A stretch of 64,000 nucleotides of DNA, taken from positions 21,576,001-21,640,000 of the forward strand of contig NC_091291.1 in assembly GCF_032444005.1 (NCBI RefSeq). The letters are read 5' to 3'. The notes beneath the pieces were generated by a model. It saw nothing but the letters and a program-made list of their open reading frames with translations. It did no database searches and had not been told where the DNA came from. The position numbers and the translations under genes were made by a program. Source of the DNA: Ranitomeya imitator. Lineage: Eukaryota. This document shows positions 11,178 through 23,100 of this stretch, piece after piece (position 1 is the first letter of the stretch; each line of letters begins with the position of its first letter).

Positions 11178-14100
11178 GTGAGTACAAAGTTTCTCCTACT
11201 TGTTGTACATGGTTCATTTTGTAATGTTGTGATGCATGTAGTCAATGAATTGTCTCTAGAGCCACTCTTATGGTCCATTTAGACTGACTGACCAATGGCA
11301 CGATAATACCGCCGATTGGTAAACATTTACCTTACGGCGGTTGGTCGAATGCTTTTATATACAGGCAGACCAAAGAAAATGATGTCCACTGAGCATTTCT
11401 ATACTAGTTTGTTCAGTGTGCATATGCTGCCATTATCCACCGAGAATGATGACATTTATGTTGCGTAAAAGATCATTTCACCAAATGAACAAGTGTTTTG
11501 TTCGCTCAACGGGTGATCCACAGTCCGTTTACATGGCAAGATAATTGTTTGTTCATGAATATCGTGCAGTGTGAATGCCACTTTAGTCATTTTCATGGTA
11601 CTGTACAATGAAATGATCAGTAATTTGGGAGAGGAAGCCTAGAAAAACTTTCCTAGTCAAGTTCTTAGGATTGAAGCTTACCTTACAATACAAGGAGAAT
11701 TTTAGAAAACAAGATCTAAAGATACCATCTTAGTCGGTTCCATAGTAATGACAGAAACTTTACATTGGAAAGTTGAGTAGCTTACAAAATAAAATATACA
11801 GTAGATGCTCTGATTTTTCCTTTTAAAAAAGTTTGAAGATTACAAAATAGAGCTGATCGGAAAAATTTGGGGGACCCTGGTTCAACGGCCACGTCGATAG
11901 ACCTTTGCCACCAGACCTGAGATCTTGAGAACCTCCTCGTAAAATGCAAACCTCCTCTTATGCAGGCTCCATTTCTGATTAATATCCCCGATGCAACCTC
12001 AAGCATGCATTACGCAACAACGATGAGTTACCAATCAAAATAGGGACCAAGAGGGTTGGAGGCGAGGACATTTGCAGAGCTAGGATTTCACAGTTATGGT
12101 CCTGTAAAAAATTTTTTTGCTCAACTATAAAAAATAGTAACTATAATAGTTATTATCAGGGGGCAGTATCTAATTTTTAATAAGAAATATATTGGAAAAT
12201 TGCTTTTTTAACAAGCACTTTCCAATTATACCTTTTAGGACTCTGTAATGTTAAGCAGTGAGTCGGTTACAAAGTAGGACTCAGAGACACTCTCTGAAGT
12301 CTTCCCAAAAGTATGGAAAGTTATAATAAAATATAAAGTTTACTTTAAAAAAAATCTGTTTGAACTTAATTATGTTTGCTGCAAAGATAACTATGACCAC
12401 AGCATAATCAATGGGGGAAATTAACATTTGCACAGTTGGCATGCAATGGAATGGCTAGTAAAATGGAAATATTTCGCTGTCTAGAACTTCTATTTTAAGA
12501 GAAAACACTATGTGAGACATTTTTGATTATTGACCAAAAATATCAGCGTAAAATCTCATAGTCATCTTTATCGCTGAAAAAGTGAAAATGTTGGGTATTT
12601 AATGGGTCACATCTTGAAATTTTTGTCTGTGCTCTTATCTTGACTTAGATGTAGGATCACAGTTTAATCAAGGATTTGCCATAACGGCTCCAAGAAATGT
12701 TGTTGTCCAGGCAGGACTCTGTGTGCATATTCCATGCTCATTTAAATTGCCATCAGTCTTCACCATCTCCAGGAACGCCCGAGGAATCTGGTTCAGAGGA
12801 AATTTCTTGTCCTCGCAAACTGTGGCTGTTAAAAGTAGTTTTGAACTTCCAAATAAAAGAGACAGGTTCTTTCTTACCGGAGATGTCTGGAGAGGGGATT
12901 GTTCTCTGATGATCAACGATGCAAGGGAGCAAGACGCGGATTCTTACAGTTTTAGAATTGAGGATGGAAGCGGTGTTTTTCCTTTCTATGACTTCAGTAC
13001 CTTACTGAGAGTGATAGGTAAGTAATAGATTATCCAATATTTTCATAGTTTTCACTAGTCAGGACACACAAGCCACTGCTCTTACTATAGTTACTTATTA
13101 CGTCACTTGGTTAATGCTTGGAAAATTTCGGAACTACCAACAAGATGTTCATAGAGAAACCAAACAAGGTGATGGGATCTTGGACAAACTGAGGTTCATG
13201 TTCAATCTATTGTGGTAGGAAGGGAAGACATACCATTGGTGTAATCCTCTGCAGCTGCACAAGCACCCAATGAGTAAAGGGGATCCCTTCTATGGCCAAA
13301 GTAGGTTGGGTCTTGCAATGCGATAAGGTATAGGACGCCAAAGGGCCCATATTGTTTTTGCACAAGGGCCCTCATCTGTCTGCTTCCGCCAGTGGTTGGA
13401 AGAGTTGTCGATTAAGTCTGGACTAAGCCTTTTTGCTCATTTTATGTGAAAAACAAATAATTACTAAAACAGAAATCAGGATAATCGACTTCTTCTGTAT
13501 ATGTCAAGTAACTCCCATGTGAAGTCTTATATGATTGGAGAAATTCCCTCTCTTCTCAATTCGACCAAGACTATCAGATTGGTTTGTCTTGATGACCACA
13601 ATTTTGTTGCCCTTTACTTTCATGGCCATGTCAAGCCTGCATAGCGATATCATTAAATTTAGATTACAAAACTCAACACTAAATGTATCCAGACACCAGA
13701 CCTCAAAAAATTTGATTCAGACCCAAGTCTAAATCCCTACTTTAATTTATACCTCAGAGCAGACATTGTCAATTTATTCAGACCTAAGACCAGAATGGTC
13801 AAACAACTCCATCCCCAGAAATAACCACTCAATGAATTCAGGAACCAGACCACACCACTCAATCAACTCCATCCTCAGACATAACTACTCAATCAAATCA
13901 GACCCCAGAACAGACCACCCAATCAACTGAGACCCCAGACCAGACCATTCAGTCAACTCAGACTTCAGACCACTTAATCAACTTGGACTTCAGACCACTG
14001 AATCAACTCAGACACCAAACTAGATCACTCAATCAGCTCAAATTCAAGATCATACCCATAAATAAATTCAGACCCCAGACCAGACTACTCAATCAACTCA

Positions 14101-17100
14101 AATTCAAGATCATACCATAAATAAATTCAGACCCCAGACCACACTACTCAAACAACTCCAAACTCCAGACCAGACCACTCAATTAGCTCAGACCCCAGAC
14201 CAGACCTATAAATAAATTCAGATCCCATCTCAGACCACTCAATGATTTTAGATGACAGACCAGACCCTTCAATGAATTCAGACTTTAGCATAAACTTCTC
14301 ATTTATTTTAGACAGCAGACCAGACCCTTCAATGGACTCTGACAACTAGACCAGACTCCTATTTAAATTCAGATCCTAGAACAGACCACTAAATCCATGT
14401 AACATCTTTCTCTCTTTGGCAGAATTGTCAGATAAACCAGAGATATCTCCGTCAGGAAAGATTATTGTTGGCCAGGAGACAACCCTGAGTTGTACAAGTC
14501 CTGGAATATGTTCTGGAATATCTCCGTCCATCAAATGGGAAGGAAAACTTAAAATGAAGACAGAGAAAATCTATGCAATAAATAATGAAGATGGCACCAT
14601 CATACATCGTTCTAATGTCACCTTTGTTCCATCGGCTGAAGATGATCAACTTTCCCTCACCTGTAAAGTCACCTTCGAAAATAATGTGACCACAAGTAGA
14701 AGCATCTCTCTGAATGTAGAGGGTGAGTTTTCCTGGAGAAGAGAGATGCTTCCTTTGAAGTACAGCAGTGTCCAATGATACAATTTTCTGTTTTATGGAG
14801 GAGAACAAATTAGGAAACTTTCCCCCAAAAGTGTGACCTGTTAGATCCCCTCTATAAAGAGCTATATCTCTAGCCTGGATGATTTCTTTCATTTTTGTTC
14901 CTTTTTTTTTTAATTGAAAATTGACCTACAGTGACATTATCTATAGGCGGCACTTGAGTGATGACTTCTTCTGTAAAAAGACTTGGAACATCTTGAGAGT
15001 TACAATAATAAAAGAAGTAGCTGTAGTACTAAACTTTAATAGTTAGAGGTGAGTGAATCGGTTCAAGGTGAATTAAATTTGCCTTGAACTTTAAAATTTG
15101 GATTCTCCGGGATCTGAATTTATTGTAATATGTCAGATGCTAAATTGTAATGGGCCGGAAAAAGGATGAAAAACAAACAAAAATCTTCACCACTCACCTA
15201 TCCTGCTGCAGCGGCTGCCTCCAGCCTTATCTTTATTTTACAGTGTGCAGCATCCTCTTCCTTCATCTGCACTTTGCACCAGGGCTTTCAGCTGCCGCCA
15301 TCTCATTGCGTCGTCTAGTCAGCTCCTAGGCCACTAATATCATGACTTGAGCGGTCAAAGTCACAGAGCAGAGATGCAGGAAGAGGACGTTGCATAATGT
15401 GAAGAAGTAAAGAAAAGCCTGGAGAGAGCTGCCCGGAGGACCGGTCCTGCGGTGGCAGGAGAGGTGAGGCGGAGTGAGTATTTTTTTTTCACGCTGAATA
15501 AATCATGCTGTGTGGTCTAGAGAGCATGATAATGCAAATTTGATGGAATAATTTCCTGGCAAAATGTGAAGAACTGGCACAATTAAATGTCTGCAGACTC
15601 CATAATCTCTACTAATAATCTAGTAGTGGTAATAATGTAGTAATAGTTTAGTCATTGTCGTATCTTAGTTCTATATAGATAATAATTAATGTGTGTTTGT
15701 TCCACAGGTGCTATCCAGAAGGATATTCCTATGCCTGGTGAGTTTACAGCTATCAGTGGTTGATGCATTAATTTTATTGTCATAAATATGAATTGTATGA
15801 ATTGTATGATGCTAGTCACTACTCACGGACAAGCCGTGGGGTTGAATAGTCAAGAAGTCTGGGGTAAAAAACCTACAGAGTTCATCATATACAAAGGGGT
15901 AAGGCAAAAGGAGTAGTCAGGTCACAGTCCAAAAGTCAAAACAAAAGAGGTAATACAAACGGGTAGTTAATAGGCAAATCCAGGGTCATGCAACCAAAGA
16001 TCAGAATGTCAGAATTCACAACACAAGGTAAAGAGAACAGGCCACACAGATATGAAAGCTACGACCAGCAGCTATCTGAGACAGACAGCTTGGTTAAGTA
16101 GTTGGGTAATTACTTGAAACAGGGAACACCTGACGGAAGCTCAGAGCCTCCCTAGTCAAAGATTGGACGGCCGAGCTGTCATTCAAAACACTGACACCTT
16201 GGCATGCCCCTGCAGTAGATTGGACGACTGAGCTGTCAGTCACTATCCAAGACACACTGAGAGGTGGAATCATGACAAAATGTAGTAGTAGTGGTAATAG
16301 TAGAAGTAGTAATAACCTAATATAAATAGTAGTATATTAGTAGTAGTCTAGTAGAAGCAGTAGTAGCAGTAATAGTACTAATAGTACTCACATAACAGTT
16401 TTGTGGGGGTTTTATTGCCCTTTTGACATGATATCTTTATTCCATGCATCAATAAATACTCCATAATTTGAGGACCTTAAAGGAAATGAGAGAATCCCCA
16501 AATTATGTAAAGCAATGTGAACTGTTGTGAATTCTGTGGCAGAGCTCCCTCCTGTGGTCACAAGTGGTACTTCGGCTGATTCTCTCTGGGAGCTTCCGTT
16601 TGCGGAGGAAACTGGTACTGCGGCTTCTGAGTTTCCTCCCTCAGGTGATCTGGTGAGGTCGTTAGGTGCTTCTCTACTTAACTCCACCTAATGCTTTGAT
16701 TCATGCTTCCTGTCAATGTTCCAGTGTTGGACTTGTTTTTCCCTGGATCATTCCTGTGGCCTGCTGCTCTGCATAGCTAAGTTCTTCTTTGCTATTTGTT
16801 TGCTATTTTGTCTGTCCAGCTTGTCTATTTGTTTTGCTGGAAGCTCTGGGACGCAAAGGGTGTACCTCCGTGCCGTTAGTTTGGTACGGAGGGTCTTTTT
16901 GCCCCCTTTGCGTGGTTTTCTTTAGGGTTTTGTGTAGACCGCAAAGTTATCTTTCCTATCCTCGCTCTGTTAAGAAAGTTGGGCCTCACTTTGCTGAATC
17001 TATTTCATCTCTACGTTTGTCTTTTCATCTTAACTCACAGTCATTATATGTGGGGGGCTGCCTTTTCCTTTGGGGTATTTCTCTGAGGCAAGGTAGGCTT

Positions 17101-20100
17101 ATTTTTCTATCTTCAGGCTAGTTAGTTTCTCAGGCTGTGCCGAGTTGCATAGGCAGAGTTAGGCGCAATCCACGGCTGCCTCTAGTGTTGTTTGGAGAGG
17201 ATTAGGGATTGCGGTCTGCAGAGTTCCCACATCTCAGAGCTCGTTCTATTATTTTGGGTTATTGTCAGATCACTGTATGTGCTCTGACCTCCATGTCCAT
17301 TGTGATACTGGATTGCCTTTCATAACAGTACAGGAAGCCAAAAGTACTAATGATTCTCAATAGAGGGAAAAAAGAAGTTCTGAGACCATTTTTTTTTCTT
17401 GGCACGGTGTTTTGTCTTTTTTTTCCCCTAGACATTTGGGTGGTTCAGTACACAGGTGTAGCGATGGACATTAGAAGTCTGTCTTCATTTGTGGATCAGC
17501 TCTTGGCAAGAGTACAAAAGATTCAAGACACTATTGATCAGAAATCTATGTTAGAACCAAGAATTCCTATTCCTGATTTGTTTTTTGGAGATACAACTAA
17601 GTTTCTGAGTTTCAAAAATAATTGTAAGCTCTTTCTGGCCTTGAAACCTCGTTCCTCTGGTGATCCAGTTCAACAGGTTTTGATTATTATTTCTTTTTTG
17701 CGTGGCGACCCTCAGGACTGGGCATTTTCTCTTGCGCCAGGAGATCCTGCATTAAGTAATATCAATGCGTTTTTCCTGGCGCTCGGATTGCTGTACGATG
17801 AGCCTAATTCAGTGGATCAGGCAGAAAAGAATTTGCTGGCTCTTTGTCAGGGTCAGGATGAGATAGAGGTATATTGCCAGAAATTTAGAAAGTGGTCAGT
17901 GCTCACTCAATGGAATGAATCTGCGCTGGCAGTTATGTTCAGAAAGGGTCTCTCTGAAGCCCTTAAGGATGTCATGGTGGGATTTCCTATGCCCGCTGGT
18001 TTGAATGAGTCTATGTCTTTGGCTATTCAGATCGGTCGACGTTTGCGTGAGCGTAAATCTGTGCACCATTTGGCGGTATTACCTGAGCTTAAACCTGAGC
18101 ATATGCAGTGCGATAGGACTTTGACCAGAGTTGAACGGCAAGAACACAGACGTCTGAATGGGCTGTGTTTCTACTGTGGTGATTCCACTCATGCTATCTC
18201 TGATTGTCCTAAGCGCACTAAGCGGTTCGCTAGGTCTGCCACCATTGGTACGGTACAGTCAAAATTTCTTCTGTCCGTTACCTTGATCTGCTCTTTGTCA
18301 TCGTATTCTGTCATGGTGTTTGTGGATTCAGGCTCTGCCCTGAATTTGATGGACTTGGAATATGCTAAGCGTTGTGGGTTTTTCTTGGAGCCCTTGCAGT
18401 GTCCTATTCCATTGAGAGGAATTGAAGCTACACCTTTGGCCAAGTATAAGCCTCAATACTGGACCCAGCTGACCATGTGCATGGCTCCTGCACATCAGGA
18501 GGTTATTCGCTTTCTGGTGTTGCATAATCTGCATGATGTGGTCGTGTTGGGGTTGCCATGGCTACAAGCCCATAATCCAGTATTGGATTGGAAATCCATG
18601 TCGGTGTCCAGCTGGGGTTGTCAGGGGGTACATGGTGATGTTCCATTTTTGTCAATTTCGTCATCCACCCCTTCTGAGGTTCCAGAGTTCTTGTCTGATT
18701 ACCGGGATGTATTTGATGAGCCCAAGTCCGATGCCCTACCTCCGCATAGGGATTGTGATTGTGCTATCAATTTGATTCCTGGTAGTAAATTCCCAAAAGG
18801 TCGACTGTTTAATTTATCCGTGCCTGAGCACACCGCTATGCGCAGTTATGTGAAGGAATCCCTGGAGAAGGGGCATATTCGCCCGTCATCGTCGCCATTA
18901 GGAGCAGGGTTCTTTTTTGTAGCCAAAAAGGATGGTTCGCTGAGACCTTGTATAGATTATCGCCTTCTTAATAAGATCACTGTTAAATTTCAGTACCCCT
19001 TGCCATTGTTATCTGATTTGTTTGCTCGGATTAAGGGGGCTAGTTGGTTCACCAAGATAGATCTTCGTGGTGCGTATAATCTGGTGCGAATCAGGCGAGG
19101 CGATGAATGGAAAACTGCATTTAATACGCCCGAGGGTCATTTTGAGTATCTAGTGATGCCATTCGGACTTGCCAATGCTCCATCAGTGTTTCAGTCCTTT
19201 ATGCATGACATCTTCCGAGAGTACCTGGATAAATTCCTGATTGTGTACTTGGATGACATTTTGATCTTCTCGGATGATTGGGAGTCTCATGTGAAGCAGG
19301 TCAGAACGGTTTTTCAGGTCCTGCGTGCTAATTCTTTGTTTGTGAAGGGATCAAAGTGTCTCTTTGGTGTGCAGAAGGTTTCATTTTTGGGGTTCATCTT
19401 TTCCCCTTCTACTATCGAGATGGATCCTGTTAAGGTGCAAGCCATCCATGATTGGACTCAGCCGACATCTCTGAAAAGTCTACAAAAGTTCCTGGGCTTT
19501 GCTAATTTTTATCGTCGCTTTATCTGCAATTTTTCTAGTATTACCAAACCATTGACCGATTTGACCAAGAAGGGTGCTGATTTGGTCAATTGGTCTTCTG
19601 CTGCTGTGGAAGCTTTTCAAGAGTTGAAGCGTCGTTTTTCTTCTGCCCCTGTGTTGTGTCAACCAGATGTTTCTCTTCCGTTCCAGGTCGAGGTTGATGC
19701 TTCTGAGATTGGAGCAGGGGCTGTTTTGTCACAGAGAGGTTCTGATTGTTCAGTGATCAAACCATGCGCTTTTTTTTCCAGGAAGTGTTCGCCTGCTGAG
19801 CGAAATTATGATGTGGGCAACCGAGAGTTGCTGGCCATGAAGTGGGCATTCGAGGAGTGGCGTCATTGGCTTGAAGGAGCTAAGCATCGCGTGGTGGTAT
19901 TGACTGATCATAAGAACTTGACTTATCTCGAGTCTGCTAAGCGTTTGAATCCTAGACTGGCTCGTTGGTCGCTGTTTTTCGCCCGCTTTGACTTTGTGAT
20001 TTCGTACCTTCCGGGCTCTAAAAATGTGAAGGCGGATGCTCTGTCTAGGAGTTTTGTGCCCGACTCTCCGGGTTTATCTGAGCCGGTGGTTATCCTCAAG

Positions 20101-23100
20101 GAAGGAGTAATTGTGTCTGCCATCTCCCCTGATTTGCGGCGGGTGCTGCAAAAATTTCAGGCTAATAAACCTGATCGTTGTCCAGCGGAGAAACTGTTTG
20201 TCCCGGAAAGGTGGACGAATAAAGTTATCTCTGAGGTTCATTGTTCGGTGTTGGCTGGTCATCCTGGAATCTTTGGTACCAGAGAGTTAGTGGCTAGATC
20301 CTTTTGGTGGCCATCTCTGTCGCGGGATGTGCGTACTTTTGTGCAGTCCTGTGGGATTTGTGCTCGGGCTAAGCCCTGCTGTTCTCGTGCCAGTGGGTTG
20401 CTTTTGCCCTTGCCGGTCCCGAAGAGGCCTTGGACACATATCTCTATGGATTTTATTTCAGATCTTCCCGTCTCTCAAAAGATGTCAGTCATTTGGGTGG
20501 TCTGTGATCGCTTTTCTAAGATGGTCCATCTGGTACCCTTGTCCAAATTGCCTTCCTCCTCTGATTTGGTGCCATTGTTCTTCCAGCATGTGGTTCGTTT
20601 GCATGGCATTCCAGAGAATATCGTTTCTGACAGAGGTTCCCAGTTTGTTTCAAGGTTTTGGCGAGCCTTTTGTGGTAGGATGGGCATTGACTTGTCTTTT
20701 TCCTCGGCTTTTCATCCTCAGACTAATGGCCAGACCGAACGAACCAATCAGACCTTGGAAACCTATCTGAGATGTTTTGTTTCTGCCGATCAGGATGACT
20801 GGGTGTCCTTTTTGCCTTTGGCTGAGTTCGCCCTTAATAATCGGGCCAGCTCGGCTACCTTGGTTTCGCCATTTTTCTGCAATTCTGGGTTCCATCCTCG
20901 TTTCTCTTCAGGACAGGTTGAGTCTTCGGACTGTCCTGGTGTGGATACTGTGGTGGACAGGTTGCAGCAGATTTGGACTCATGTAGTGGACAATTTGACC
21001 TTGTCCCAGGAGAAGGCTCAACGTTTCGCAAATCGCAGACGCCGTGTGGGTCCCCGACTTCGTGTTGGGGATCTGGTTTGGTTATCTTCTCGTCATATTC
21101 CTATGAAGGTTTCCTCTCCTAAGTTTAAACCTCGTTTCATTGGTCCCTATAGGATTTCTGAGGTTCTTAATCCTGTGTCTTTTCGTCTGACCCTCCCAGA
21201 TTCTTTTTCCATACATAACGTATTCCATAGGTCATTGTTGCGGAGATACGTGGCACCTATGGTTCCATCTGTTGACCCTCCTGCCCCGGTTTTGGTGGAG
21301 GGGGAATTGGAGTATATTGTGGAGAAGATTTTGGATTCTCGTGTTTCAAGACGGAAACTCCAGTATCTGGTTAAATGGAAGGGTTATGCTCAGGAAGATA
21401 ATTCCTGGGTTTTTGCCTCTGATGTCCATGCTCCCGATCTTGTTTGTTCGTGCCTTTCATGTGGCTCATCCTGGTCGGCCTGGGGGCTCTGGTGAGGGTT
21501 CGGTGACCCCTCCTCAAGGGGGGGGTACTGTTGTGAATTCTGTGGCAGAGCTCCCTCCTGTGGTCACAAGTGGTACTTCGGCTGATTCTCTCTGGGAGCT
21601 TCCGTTTGTGGAGGAAACTGGTACTGCGGCTTCTGAGTTTCCTCCCTCAGGTGATCTGGTGAGGTCGTTAGGTGCTTCTCTACTTAACTCCACCTAATGC
21701 TTTGATTCATGCTTCCTGTCAATGTTCCAGTGTTGGACTTGTTTTTCCCTGGATCATTCCTGTGGCCTGCTGCTCTGCATAGCTAGGTTCTTCTTTGCTA
21801 TTTGTTTGCTATTTTGTCTGTCCAGCTTGTCTATTTGTTTTGCTGGAAGCTCTGGGACGCAAAGGGTGTACCTCCGTGCCGTTAGTTCGGTACGGAGGGT
21901 CTTTTTGCCCCCTTTGCGTGGTTTTCTTTAGGGTTTTGTGTAGACCGCAAAGTTATCTTTCCTATCCTCGCTCCGTTAAGAAAGTCGGGCCTCACTTTGC
22001 TGAATCTATTTCATCTCTACGTTTGTCTTTTCATCTTAACTCACAGTCATTATATGTGGGGGGCTGCCTTTTCCTTTGGGGTATTTCTCTGAGGCAAGGT
22101 AGGCTTATTTTTCTATCTTCAGGCTAGTTAGTTTCTCAGGCTGTGCCGAGTTGCATAGGCAGAGTTAGGCGCAATCCACGGCTGCCTCTTGTGTTGTTTG
22201 GAGAGGATTAGGGATTGCGGTCTGCAGAGTTCCCACGTCTCAGAGCTCGTTCTATTATTTTGGGTTATTGTCAGATCACTGTATGTGCTCTGACCTCCAT
22301 GTCCATTGTGATACTGAATTGCCTTTCATAACAGTGAACCCTGTAAGCAATGAAGGAAAAACATGATAATTGTAGTCCTTTAACGTGTCACCAGGTCAAA
22401 GGTGTATAGTGCGTGCTCATATTTTATTTTCACTGCTCCCCTGAGCATTCCTGTTTTATGTTTCTTTTAAATACTCTATAAGGTTCCCGAGATATGGGCC
22501 TCTTACTTTAGTGCTAATTTTTCAAGTCTTTACAAGGGGGGATGTCTCAAAGGATCCTCTGGGGCGTGTCTTTAGGCTGGTCTACATTTTTACCCTCTGA
22601 ACACCGCCCAATTGATAAAGAAAATAAAAAATAGCACTAAATAAAGTCGCCCATATCTCTGGAACCATATGGTGGATTTAAGAGAACCAAACCCTCCCCA
22701 GAAAACTCAGGGGAGCAGAAAGATTAATATAAGAGTCAAACTTGACCATTTTTGACCTGTGCAAGTAGTTCAGGATATTGTATCAAAATTAACTGTGTTT
22801 TCACTTGTTCAATAATTGTCAAGGTTTTACTTACTTTTTGCATGGAACTGTAATAAGTTGAACAAAAATAGTAGTAAATAATATTTTCTTCGTAACCTAA
22901 AGATCTACTACTGCTGTAACTCACAAGTTTCCCTACAGTTTGCAGGTCTATAGATTCTGGCATAATTGCTGCAATGGCCATTGGTAACGTTGTGATCCTG
23001 ATTTTGATTTTTGTGGGCACCTACTACTTTTTGAAGAGAGACATGGCGAAACGATCATTAGGTAATTAATTACACATTCTCCAGCCATCTGGAAAACACC

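Larger units (their letters stand above)
16523..22333 (+). mobile_element. Full-length Ty3/Gypsy LTR retrotransposon (chromovirus, Tf1/sushi-like)
   Basis: 805-bp TG...CA LTRs at 16523-17327 and 21529-22333; G-rich PPT before the 3' LTR; GTGAAC on both flanks; single gag-pol ORF. Confidence 0.97.

Noticed and set aside
12649-14722. Genes B-D as CEACAMs because of the ITAM
   Set aside because: The V domains have the Siglec cysteine pattern (GLCVxIPC, GDCxL, no F-strand Cys) and YxFR; CEACAM N domains lack these cysteines.
17350-17463. ATG 17350 as the Gag start
   Set aside because: It lies just after the PBS in a T-rich leader; ATG 17464 (MDIRSL) is the more plausible start, although this is unproven.
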